Below are positions 13,327 through 26,947 of a stretch of DNA of 64,000 nt, one piece after another (the stretch's first letter is position 1; each line of letters starts with the position of its first letter). The DNA is from Piromyces finnis finn. Its lineage: Eukaryota > Fungi > Neocallimastigomycota. Position numbers and translations under genes: made by a program. The stretch covers positions 1,612,001-1,676,000 of the forward strand of contig MCFH01000001.1 of the NCBI GenBank assembly GCA_002104945.1, in the 5' to 3' direction. The notes below the pieces were generated by a model. It was not told where the DNA came from. It ran no database searches and saw nothing but the letters and a program-made list of their open reading frames with translations.

Positions 13327-16300
13327 ATGCTTAATATTCAAACTTTTTTAAGTATATTTGTTGTAACATATTTTGTTGTAACAACTGTACTCTATTATAA
13401 AGAAAGACATAATTATGTTATATATTATAGAAAAAATTCTGTAACTTTAATATGTTCCATATGTGGTTTATTGTTTTGTTTAATTCTTCCTGTAAGTAGT
13501 GGTTTGATATTATTAACATAGTTCTAGAGTTTTATTTTTATTAATTTATTCCATTATAAAAATAATACTAGTTAAATATTGAGTTTGAAGGACCATGTAT
13601 AGGTATTATAATATTATCGGTTATAAATTCATGAAATATATAAGCTAAAATTTAATAAAACTAATTTATTTTAATATGCTAATAGTGGATGTATGGATGA
13701 TAACATTAACAACATTTGGTGCTATATTATGGTATAATTTAATATATAATATATATAATATTAATAATGAAAAGTAGGAATATATGATTTTAAATATAAA
13801 AAATATATATATAATATCTTGAAAGTTCACTTTACCGAGGAGTAAGAATGCTACTTTTGAAGAAAAAAAATATGTTTAGTCTTAAATATGGAAAACAAAA
13901 TAGTACAAAAGTTAGGGATCAATTAGTAGAACTGTCATCATTTTCAAGAAATGATTATGGTTTAGAAATGAATATTGTTGATCCTAATAATTACATAAAA
14001 CAATTAAATAGAATTATTGATAAGGTAAATTTAAAAAAAAAATATAACTATTATATTTTTTAGTAGTATATTTATATATTTATATACTAACAATACTACT
14101 ATTGGGTATTGATGATTAAAAAAATATATTTAACATAAATAATATTATTAATAAAAAAGGGGATGTTAAGATGGTTTTTTATTGTTCCATATTTTACCAT
14201 CAGTATTGTAACATTTATTGTATTTATAGTAATATATGTTGGTGATAACATTAATATATTTGAAAAATGTATCAATATTTCAAATGCTTTATTTTATCCA
14301 ATTACCTTTTTTGGTGCTTTGATTTTGATAATATTGCCATTTACTCATATGCATCTTATAAATTTGAAATTTAAATCAAGATGGAATTTAAAGACAGAAA
14401 TGTTAATAAATTCAGCATTACTTGGAAGTGGTAAGATTAAAACATATTGCTATATATTAGAAAATTATTATATTATATCAAATGATTAAATAACATTTTT
14501 TTATTAAATTAAAATATATGAAAAGGGTTAATTCTATATGGACTTACAAGAGTGTATATTAGTAACTCAACATCAACATATCTTGGCGTAACTATATTAA
14601 TGTTTATATTTTCATTTATCCAATTTAACACAGTGGTTATACCATTATTAGAAATTAAAAAAGAAAGAAAAAGAAAAGCTAGAAAAGACTATGTATGATT
14701 TTAGCATGATATATACATTTATTTTTAATATTAAATTATATTAATTATACATAATTAAATATATGTAATTTTATATAGAAATCAATCGATGAATTTATTC
14801 AATCCTTAGAAAATAAAAGTTTTCTTGAGCTTTTGAAGGTTTTTTATTTTTTTTAAACCTTTCTATTAATAAATTTAATAATTGCTGATAGTTAACATAT
14901 TAAATTTTATTAAATTAAATTCATAGGAAAAAGCAATGGAAAACTTTTGTATTGAAAATGTTTTGTTATGGGAAGCATATTATGATTTAATGTTAAATAT
15001 TAAAGATTATTATTTGAGAACAGGAAAGAGATATAATACAAATAATGTTATGAATAGTTCTTTTTACGAATCTGGTGTTCAATTACAAATGGAAGACAAA
15101 AGTGAAACATTTGAATGTAATGATCAAATTGGTAAAATTGGAATGGATACAGAGAATAATTTATTGAAAGGATTGGAAACAGATCAATTTTCAAGCAATT
15201 TAAAAATAAGTAATAATGATTTAAATGATGATAAAACAAGCGTAAGTGAGTATTTCATGTCAAGTCCTGCAAAAGAGACATATATTCAAAATAATAATCC
15301 TAATATGTCTTATTCTCCATCAGAATCATATCCAATAAGGCAAACAAACAACTATTTAAACTCTTCTGAAAAACTATCTACTAATAATAGTCCAAAACCT
15401 GATAATCAGCTACTAAGCTCTTCTGATAATAATAGTAAGCATATATTGTTAAAAAATGAAAGCCATAACAACATTATTCAAACACCAATTAATCAAGTAA
15501 TATTAAATGAAAGTAATAAATCTGATATTGAAATTAATGATAAAAATAAAAATAATAATAGTAATGACATTAATATAGATATAAGTGAAATAAATAAAAG
15601 TTCAAAAGTAGAAATACAGATAGATACTACCAATCATAATCATAATCAAAATGAAAATCATATATTAAATAGAGAAGAATCAAATATTAGTAATAATAAT
15701 AATATAACTAGTTCGACTATTACCAGTCCAATATTACCATCTAACCATCCAAACTTATCCTTAAGCCGAAAAACCTCTCAAACTAGTAATGATAAAACTA
15801 ATATAAATCGTGTTACATCTATTCATAGTTCAAAAAATGTCAAAACTAGCCAAAACTTAGGTTTAGAAATCTCAAATATTGAAAACAGAAATCATATTAT
15901 TGATATAGGAAAATCTGAAAAAGCTTCATACTTATCAAAACATTCAAGAGATAAAGAAAGTGAAAATCATAATACTATAAAAAAGAAGTTTAATACAGGA
16001 ACAGCAACTAATTCAAAATCATTATTAAAATTTATAAAAAGTTTAACTTTGTATAATTGTGAATTTGATCCAAAATTTAAACCTTTATTTGATCAAATAT
16101 ATTATTTATATATTTATAAAGATGGAATTGCACCAGTTATATTAACCTTAAATACATTAACAGCTATTTCAAATAAAATTGAGAATGAAGAATATTCATA
16201 TGATATGTACCAGTCTGTAAGTACATAATATATACTATAATAATAAAATAATTAAATAATTATAAAAATTTTTAAACTAAAAGTTATATTTTTTTTTTTT

Positions 16301-16376
16301 AAAAAAAAATAATAAAAAGGCTATCGAGGAAGTAATTAATATCTTATATATGAATATTTATCCAAAAATTGAATAA
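13327..16376 (+). CDS. 7TM-RGS protein (seven predicted TM helices plus C-terminal RGS domain with a large low-complexity insertion), about 761 aa. Exons 13327-13491, 13572-13602, 13686-13731, 13826-14024, 14160-14430, 14526-14692, 14779-14838, 14927-16216, 16320-16376
   Basis: Nine exons join in frame. Seven hydrophobic segments are followed by RGS-like motifs: FLELLKEKAMENFCIENVLLWE, LFDQIYYLYIYKDGIAPVIL and AIEEVINILYMNIYPKIE*. Confidence 0.85.
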
Positions 16377-17292
16377 TTAACATAAAAGTATAATTTTCAT
16401 TATAATTTTCATTGAAAAATAATATCTTTTAATGTATTATTTTAATCTATCATTTAAATATTCTTTTTTTTTTTTTTTTTCAAGTATGGGTTTTAAAAGC
16501 TAAAAAAATATTATATATAAAAAAAAAATAAAAAGTAATAATATAGCAATTTATTAGTATAGATATGTAAATAATTTTTAGAAAAAATAATAAAAAATGT
16601 TCTTTATTTTCAATACAAAAGCAACCTAAAAATGAAATTTTTATTTTTTATTTATAAAATAAATAAATAAAATATATAAAAAAAAGAAAAAATATGGAAA
16701 TAAAATTAATATAATAGCAATAGGAAATAATAATAATTAATAATAATAATGTATATTTTAATAAATATAATAAAATGTAAATTTTTTTACATTATAAAAA
16801 TAATTTTTTTTTTAGAGTAATAAAAATATATTTATTATTTTAATCTTAGATAAATATTATAATAAATAAAAGTGTTCTAGTCAATTTTTCAATTTGAATA
16901 TAAATGAATATGTATTTTCAAATTTATAAAATAATTATAATTACATAATTATATATAGTATTAATAAGTAAAAAGGTAATTTTATTAAAAACATTTATAT
17001 TTATATTCCTTTTATTAATCAATCAAGAAATTAATAAATTATAAGAAAAAGTCACAAATTGAAAAAAAAAAAAAAAAAAAAAAAAAAACTAATTAATTAA
17101 ATGTTAATTTTTTATAATAAAGAAAAGATTGTAATAATATTTGTATTTATATATATATATATTTAAAATTTTCTTTCAAGCTTGAAATATGAGCAACTTT
17201 TTTTTTAATACTAATTAATTTTATTATATTTATTTTAGAAAATGTGGTTTAATAGAAGGTATATAATATTTATAATAATAAGCAATTTTTAA

Positions 17293-18458
17293 TTACGATA
17301 CAGTAGAAAACTTTTCATGTAAACCGATCATTCTATAATTATAAATATATATTATTATTTCAAAAACCAATATATAAAATATACTCTTTAAAAAATGCTT
17401 ATAAAATTTACCCTTCTTTTACAAAGGTTTCTAGTGATATAGCATTATATTTACTTCCTTCTGGGGAATCATTTATCATTTTAACACCTATATCTTCCAT
17501 TGCTTTTTAAATAATAATATGAATAAATATTAATTAATACATCGATATACTATTATATTAGATATTATTAAATATATTTGAAATGGATCATATAATTATC
17601 AATTTACCACTAAGATATTGCTTTGTACTAATATATCCTTTTTCAGTAACATCAAAAATTTTAAATAATGCTTTTAAATTTTCTTCTGTAAAATATGTAT
17701 AAGCATCAAGTTTCTAAAATATATACATATTATAATATGATAATTTTCTTTATAGTTAATATAAATATTTTTAATTTTAATTATTTGTATAATAATCATT
17801 ACCTTTTCTTTTATATGAACTAATTTTTCAGCAATGAATTTCTTTGGATTTTCTTTATTTGGATGTAAATAAATATAGATATATATTGATATAAGTAATT
17901 TTATTTTGGGAAAAATAATCTTTTTTTTATTTTTAACATTTTTAATGTATAAATACAAAATAAAAGAAGATCTAAATGTATATACCTGGTTGCAAATAAA
18001 AAAGCATGGTTGTCAATTGTGTTATAATTTCAGGTATCTTGTGTTGTTCCAAATATCTGTAATAATCAATATTATTTATATATCCATTTTGTATATATTG
18101 TAATATATATATTGATTTAAATGAAATATTATTACAATTTTAATGGTATATGTTAATAATTTGTTTTTACAAGATGAATAATAAAGAACAAACAACATTA
18201 TCATTAACAAAAGATTATAGTTTATATTATAATATAAAAAGCAAAATATTAATATAATAAAATTAATTAATAATTATTTATAGTATTATTGTGTCAATTC
18301 AATATAATTAATGATTTTTGAAAATAATAATAAAAAAAAGTTTATATATTAATAAGTATTAATTTTTTGAATAATTATTACGTTTTTGCATTTAGAACTT
18401 CTCTTGAATTGTAATTTATTGGATTTTTTTCTTTTATAATATTTATTTTTGGTGCCAT
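17293..18458 (-). CDS. EFCAB10: EFCAB10-like protein (RIIa/Dpy-30-type docking domain plus EF-hand), 144 aa. Exons 18458-18382, 18056-17986, 17852-17803, 17713-17608, 17502-17412, 17332-17293
   Basis: Spliced translation contains YLEQHKIPEIITQLTTMLFYLQPENPKKFI (D/D domain) then FTEENLKALFKIFDVTEKGYISTKQY (EF-hand loop), the architecture and size of EFCAB10. All six exon phases are consistent. Confidence 0.8.
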
Positions 18459-19239
18459 TTTTATTATCTATTTAAAATTACTTCTTTTTTATATATTTAT
18501 TACTCTAATAATAAAAAAACAGTTTTATATAAATATTTAAATAATTTTACTGCAATTTTTATTAGAAAAAGAAAACAATATAAAGATTTATTATTTTTTT
18601 ATAAACCAACTGAAACTTTATAAAGTTTAAAATTTTAATTTTTAATATACACCATACTGGAGACTTTAGTAATCATTATAAAAAAGTCTAATAAATAATA
18701 AAATTAAGATTATACAGAATTTTTTTCAAAATTAAATTAAATTTAATATTATTAAATTTTTGATAATGGTTATTTTATACTTTTTCTCGATAAAAAAAAA
18801 GAAAAAAACATCATTTTAAGAAGATATATTAATTATATATAGTTTTATAATTATAAAGTGGAATTAAAGTACGAATGAAAAATGTATTTTGTTAATTATT
18901 ATATTTAATTACATAAAACCAAATATTTTACCTGATAAAAGAATAACACATATCAAATAATGATTAAGAATAATAGTGTTTAAAAAAAAACTACATATTA
19001 ACCAATAAAAAATCAAGATTTTTATTTTTTTTTTTCTACAATAAAAAAATTTTTGAATAAAAAATAATTGAAGTGTCTATTAAAGATTATTATCTATAAT
19101 AACTAATAGATTAAAATTATATTTTTTATTAATATATATTTTTTATTTTTATTGATAAAATTAGTTAATTGTAAAATTTATATAAATATATCTTTTTCAA
19201 TTTAAATATTAATTAATAAAAGATAATAAAATATTTATA

Positions 19240-22200
19240 ATGATTTCAGAAATTCAAACTTTTATTGAGAATAAAAGTAATACTAAGGAAGCATTTGATT
19301 CTTTGAATCAAATGATTCAGTATGTTAATAACAAAAAAGTCACTATTTTAATGATTGTTGAGGATTTATCTGATACATTAGTTAACACTGATCCAAAAAT
19401 TAGAGCAAAAGGTATTTTTGAATATTTACCATTTCTAGCAATATTATAAATATTTAAATTGATAAATATTTTAGGGATGAATTATTTTTTAATTTAATTA
19501 ATGAAATAAATATAATTACTTGTAAATTATATATATGAAGGGGTTGAATTACTTATAAAAGTATTCTCTAATTGTGATGTTTCAATAATTACTCCAAAAA
19601 TCGGTATGAATTTATTTATAGAATGTTATATATAAATTTTATTAATTTAATTGTTAATATTTTTAAATGTTATATTATATATAATTTCGAAATATTATAA
19701 AAATTAATAATTCGAAATTGATTTATATTTATAAATTTCAAAAATTCGATTTTTTAAAAAAATATGTATATATATATAATAGCCAGTGTAATTTTAAAGT
19801 TTTGTTTAGAACGTTTAAATGATTTACATAGTTTACAATCATTATTGGAAGGTATTCTTTATATAACAGAAAATCTCGAGATTGATAGTGAAATTGTTAA
19901 TGATATTCCAAAAACGTAAATATATAAAAAAAGATTAAAAAAGAAATTAAATATATGATTCTTCGAAAATTTTAATTAAATAAAATATAATATATGTAAA
20001 ATAGTTTATTTGACGAATTAACTATCCAAGGTTATCAACAAACTGTAAGACATGTAATTTTCAAAATTTATGATTCCTTAGTAGAAAAGTATTTGAGTGG
20101 TAAATTTCTTTATATATAAACATATATTTATATATTTTTTTAAAAAAACTCTTTTTGATATAATATATATAAATTATGTGATAAATTTTCAATAGAGTTA
20201 AAAAAAATCGAAGATATATTTGTTCCTGGATTTGTTCAAACAGTTGAAGGTGAAAAAGATCCAAGAAATATAATGATTATATTTAAAATTATAAAAATTA
20301 TATTAAAAGAAATGAATTATAAGCCATACATTGAGGTACAATTATTTAAATAAAAACATATTTATTATAATATCTTAAAATCTAAATTATATTAAAATTA
20401 TATTAAAAATTATTTATAAAATTTAAGGATATATTTGAAATTGTATTTTGTTATTTCCCAATTTCATTTAAATCTCCACCAGGAAATGTAATAAAAATCA
20501 CAACTGAAGATCTAAAAAATGGATTAAGGTATTTATTATTTTTATTCTTATGAAGAATAAAGATATAAAATAAATACTCTAAATAAAATTATTAAATCAT
20601 AAAAAATTTTATCAAATACAGAGAATGTTTAACAGCAGTACCTGAAATTTCAAAATTTGCCATTCCTCAATTAATTGAAAAATTAAGCTCAAGATTGGAT
20701 AATACTAAAGTAATATTTATTAATTATTATTAATAATCATTATTTTAGTTGCATATTGACAATTTATATTATTATAATTATTATTTTAAGAGAGATTCAA
20801 TAGATATTCTTGTAGCAGGAGGTGAAAAGTATGATATAGAAGATTACATCAATAATCTTGAAAAATTAACCGAGATTTTAAGAGATGAAGTAAATATATA
20901 TGAAATAAAATTAAAATTTATCATATAATAAAAATATTTAAAAAGATAAATTATATAAATAGGCATTTGATAATGCAGGGGAATCATTAGAATCTTTATA
21001 CCTTGATGCTATTTCATCATTTACTAATATATATAGCAGAGGTGGTAATGAATGTCTTGATAAATATATTAAAGAAATGACATCCAAACCAATTTCTTAT
21101 ATTAAAGATTATGGACATCCACGTGGAAAATTCAGTAGAAATATTATTTGTGCAGTTATAAAAGAAAATGGTAAGTTTGTTTATAAATCAAAAAATATAA
21201 ATAAATTGTGTAATTAATAGAAAAAAAAATGGAATTCCTTATATGATTTTTATAGAATATGCTTTTAATAAAATAATAAATGAAATTTTCCCTGATTTAA
21301 TGGATAAAATTGAACAACCAAATCCACCAAGTGTTCAATCATTTTTAATGGAATACGTAAGAAGTATATTATCAATAGCAAATTTAAGATTTATTGGTAA
21401 AGATAATATAATTTACCAATATAAGGATATTTTGTTTAAAGAATTCAATGAATTAAAGAAAAGTGATGATGATAATGATTTTAAAAAAGATATGGAGATT
21501 TCAAGTATTGGAGGTTTATATGAAATGGCTAACCTTGAAGAATTTTTACCTGCTGATCAAGTAAAACATAAATATATATAATTTTAGTAAACAAAATAAT
21601 TATTTTCATATATTATTAATAATATTAATGCTTTATATGTATTAAAATACTTTCTAAATATTTTTAATTAAAATAAGATTAAAGATATTATTAATGATTT
21701 TAACAATAAATTATTAAGTGATTCAAGAGAAGAAATTAGAAAATTATGTTTGAAGAATATTCTTGGATTATCAATGAAAAACTCAGATTTAATTACTACT
21801 ATTACTTTACCATTACTTTATAATAAGTTACAAGGTATACATTATTGTATTAAAATAATAAATACAATTAAATTACTAATAAAAAATCGTATACCTGAAA
21901 TATAATTTTTAAATAAATAAATAAAAAAAAAATTAGCTGATATGATTGATAGTAATTATGAATGGGTTTTACAATCTTATGAAGATATAACAATAGAATG
22001 TAAATTCTATGAAGATACTATTAGTAAATTAATATCATTATATGAAGATGGAATAAACGGTATGCTATTGTTGCATTAATAATTATTTTAATTCTAGTTT
22101 ATACCACATTTATTCTATTTGAATATATAAGTATGATATTAATAAAAACTTGTTTATTTCTAATAATATTTGATAAAATTCATATATATTATATAAATTA

Positions 22201-24134
22201 AAAGGAAAGCAAAATACTGATTACTTAACAAAATTATTAGAATCAGTTAAAAATATTATTGATAGAGGAATTCAAAAAGAAATTAATAACAAAGATATAA
22301 TTGTAAACTGTTTCCCTATATTTAAAGATAATATTTTAAGAATTGTTATACACAATTCAGTTCAACAAAGAGAAGAACTTCAAAATATTGATATAATTTC
22401 ATTAATATTCCAAAAATTCCAAAGTATAATGGATGAAGATAAAAATAAAGAATTCAATGAAGAAATATTAAATATATTTGTTAATAAGAAGTTATTAAAC
22501 AGCATGGATATTGATGGTAATATTGAATTTAATCCATTAAATGTAAGTAATTTTGTTTATAATATTACTGTTAATGTAATAATAATCATTTCAAAATTAT
22601 TAAAAAATATATTCTGTAAAATAATAATGTAGGAAAATTCACCAAAAGCCCAAACCTGCTTATTAAATATTCTTATTTCTATTACTTGCAATATAAGTCA
22701 AGATGTAATAATTATATAAAATTTTTAATAAATATATATAAATATTAACTAGTAGTATTTTTTATATATACAAAATTATTTATATAAAGATATTTAATAA
22801 TACAACAGCTAAAGTAATAAATGAAGAATTTTTAAATACATTAGTAAAAAGTATAATTAATACTTTAAATTCAAATTATGCAAATTTGGTTTCAAAATTT
22901 ATATCCTTATATTGTATCAGATTTAATGATGGTAATTAATAGATAGTTAATTCTATTACATAGAATTCATTCTTAATATTAAATTTTATTTTAATAAATT
23001 TTAAAAAAAAATTATTAGAAAAATGTATCCAAAATAGGATCAAAGCTTGGATTGAGAATGATATCTATTCAGTTATAAATTCAAATATGGTTTTTAAGGA
23101 AACAACTATTATTTTATTTTCATGGGTAATTAAATATACTAATAATTAAGTATAGTCATAAATGAATACTAATTAGGGTTTTTATATATATATATATATA
23201 TATATATAAATGTAATAGTTTTTAAAGGTTTTGTTTGTTAAATCAAATCCAGATGTTTCCAAATATACATTAGATTTAATAAATTTAATTCCAAACGAAA
23301 GTCATGCTACCTCATGTGTTAATGGAATGAAGACAATATTTGATGTAGAAACCTTCCCAATTGAAGCTAACAGTTTATATACAATAGATGTAAGATATAA
23401 TGATATATAATATTAATTGAACTGTAAAAACTAAACAATTTATATAAAATTTTTTTATGAATAATTAATAGACGGAATTCGAAGGAAATCTTATCAATAC
23501 TTTACTCAATGAGTTAATTGTAATATACAAAAGTTCTGAAATAAAGAATATTCATGTTATTGTAGCTTTAGGTGTCTTATTAAAATTATCAAATGTTAAA
23601 TCTATAACATGCAAAGAAGAGGTAAAATATTTAACATATATTAATAAATATAACAATTAAAACTAGAATATATTTTTTAGAATTTGCTGGTTATTTATAT
23701 ATTTGCGTATTTTCTATTTTAAAAATTATTGATTAATAAATATTAATAATATAATATAATATAATGATTAGGTTAAACCAATAATGTTATATGCTTTAAC
23801 CTTGGAAGATTCAAGTGTATTAGTTTCTTCCTTAGAATTTTTAATTGTTCTCACGTCTGCATTACCAAATGAATTAAGAAGTGATTTATTTATTCTTATT
23901 AAATATTTATTAAGATTGACCAAGGCAAAGAATAGTTTAGCATACACTATTAAAGTTAGAGTATTAAGTTTAAGATTCCTCGATCTTATTTCCAAAACAT
24001 ATGATAATTATGAATTACTTCCAATGAAGCAAAATGTTATAAACGAGTTGGACTGTGTGTTAGATGATAATAAGAAATATGTAAGAAAAATGGCTGTCCA
24101 TTGTCGTAATCAATGGTTTACACTTGTTAATTGA
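19240..24134 (+). CDS. MMS19: MMS19/Met18 cytosolic Fe-S cluster assembly targeting scaffold (HEAT repeats), 19 exons
   Basis: Signature motifs DPKIRAKG, EGEKDPRN, FCYFPISF and C-terminal LDDNKKYVRKMAVHCRNQWF. I traced 18 GT-AG introns in frame. Confidence 0.93.
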
Positions 24135-25150
24135 TATATCAATTAATTTTTATTAAAGAAAATATTTATTAATCATAGTGATAAAAATTGTTAAAAAAAC
24201 ATAAAAATTAATTTATTAAAAAAATATATTTAAATAATTACAACAGAATTAAGTTTTTATATGCAATATGTTAAAAAATATATAAAAAAGAAATAGAAAT
24301 TAAAACTATCTATTTTTATATATAATAAATAAATAATTAACAAAATTTTTAAATTTATGATAATTCATAAATCCATTATTTTATTAGTAATTAAAAATGA
24401 AAAAAAAAAAAAAGTAATAATAATAAATATAATAAATTCTATAATACTATATTTTTAAAAAATATCTATTTATACCCTTAATATTTTTATGTAAATAATT
24501 TTTCAATTCATAAATATTTAAATTTTAAAAATTTATAGTTATAATTTTACTAAGAAATTCTTAGCAGAAAAATGAATAATAAGTGGAGCACTAAAAAAGG
24601 TATAAAAATATATACAATTATATAAGACAATGTACAATAATACGTACAATGATATACAATATTAAATGAAAAACTCCTAATTTATAAAAATATCAATTTC
24701 ATATTTGAAAAAATATCATAAAAACTAGTATGATGAAACCCTTATGACATGATATTAGTCATATTTAATTAATAAAGTTTTTATCCTATCATATTTAATT
24801 TAAATTTAATATGTATAGAATATTAAATATCACATAAATGCTATAGATAATAAACCTTATTTTTTAATTTTCTAAAATATCATATTATTGTTTTATATTA
24901 TATGACAATATTGTGCAACTTACATTATTATTATCATAGATATTTAATTTAATGCATTTTGATATTTTATTAAAAAAAAGTTTTTATCTTGTAGATAATA
25001 AATTCATTAAAGAGAAAATCATAAAATAATAATTATTTTGTACAACTTTAATTCATGAAAATATGATAAGTAATCCTATTACATATATTTTTATTATACA
25101 TTTTATTATATATTTTTATTATTATGTATAAGCAATCATAACTTTCTATG

Positions 25151-25323
25151 ATTTATATGAGTGGGATTGTATTAATTCATATATTTATTATATAGAAAAA
25201 TGATTTATTGTAAAGAATATAATAAAAATAAATATATTTATATGAGTGGGATTGTATTAATTCATATATTTATTATTATATAGAAAAATGATTTATTGTA
25301 AAGAATGTAATAAAAATAAATAT
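25151..25323. repeat. Direct tandem duplication of an 85-88 bp intergenic unit (25151-25235 and 25236-25323)
   Basis: Two copies starting atttatatgagtgggattgtattaattc differ by one 3-nt insertion and one substitution. Confidence 0.93.
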
Positions 25324-26947
25324 ATATAAACTTTGTTAATAGAATTTATTATTAATTATTTCATAATAATACCATTACCTTCATTGTAACAAGAATGCTA
25401 ATAAAGTTCATATTCTATTATTATACTTTTTGATATTCTATGGTTATATAGCCATACAATAAAATCCTTAAATAATACTTCCAAGGATTTTCAAGAATTT
25501 TTTAATAAAATATATTAATTATATATTAAAACCTTAATTAATTGATAAGTCAATTATTTATAATATATGAATATATATTAATAATTTATATTAAAAAATT
25601 TTAATATATATATAATTTAATTATTGAATCATAATCATAATATTATTTTAATCAAAAATTTTTTATAATCATATTATTATATATTTTTTTAATATACTAT
25701 AGAATAAATATTCTATTGTACCTTTATTATTTTTTAATATATTATTTAGTATTTAGATAATAGTAATATCCCTATAATTCAAAAGGAAATTTTAAAGTAT
25801 AGAATTATTTTGTCATTTATTAAACATAATTAATTAATTAAATATTTTGACAATAAACCTTTTTTTTTATATATAAAAACTAAATATTCTTTTTTTTTTT
25901 TTTTTTTTTTATTTTAAATATTTTTTTTTTTTAAATTTTTTTTTTAAGAAAAGTATAATTATAAAACAGTAAAAGTTGAAAATTAATAGTAATACAAATA
26001 TTGTTAAACAATAATAGTAATTAATTTCAGCTTTAAAAGTATATTTGCTTCATTTTTTTAAAAGAAAAAATTTGGTTTTCTTTTTTATAGATAGTATCAA
26101 TATATATGAAAGTAAGTATAAATTGAATTAAATAGCTTTAAAAATATCAAAATCGTAAATTATATTTAGGAAGTAATAAATAAATAAATAAATAAATAGG
26201 CATTCAAAAAAAAAAAAAAAAAAAAAAGAATATTTATTATTTTTGAATTTAGAATAGAATTGTAAAAAAGTTATTAGAAATCTAATAAAAATAATACAGT
26301 GGGAAAAAATATAAAATAATATAAAATATGTATATAGTAAATAATAAAAAAAAATAAATGAAATATTCTCCTTTTTTTTTAAGAAAAAAAAAGTTTTGGA
26401 AATTTTTTTTTATTTCATATATAATAAATTGTAAATTTAATATATTTACTAATATATTTTAATATATAGTTTTTATATATTAAATAAAATTGTTTATTTA
26501 TATTTACACAAGGAAACTATAAACAATTCTATTGAATTTTACGTTTTTACTTTTTCTTACTTAAAAAAAATAAAAAAAAAAAGAAATAGAAAAGTAAAAA
26601 AAAGGAATTAATAAATACCTATAAAAGGTTAAAAAAACCCATGGTATACTGTTTATTAAAAAAAAAGAGAAAGTATACATAATCTTAGGAAGAATTACTT
26701 TTCAATATTAATAATAAAAAATAAAACAATATTAAAAATTGTTTAAAAATAAAGAAATAAAGTTATTGAATAATAAAGTAAAAATAAAAAAAATATATTC
26801 ATAATTATTTAATAGTTGAGCTATTAAGAAAATCTTGAATATATAAAAAAAACAAAAGAATAAATAAACAAATAAAATAGAAAGAAATATTTATATTTCG
26901 ATAAAGTTTATCCAATAAAAAAATCTATTTCACTTATAAATAACAAG

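Noticed and set aside
21171-21255. Apparent frameshift in MMS19 if the first AG (21220) is the acceptor
   Set aside because: The downstream acceptor ttttatag at 21255 restores the frame with a canonical 85-nt intron, so this is not a pseudogene or programmed frameshift.
22901-22910. ATATCCTT resembling a U12 (minor) intron 5' splice site
   Set aside because: It lies inside an open MMS19 exon (I-S-L-Y) flanked by ordinary GT-AG introns; other ATATCCTT/GTATCC matches I noticed were likewise coding, antisense or intergenic.
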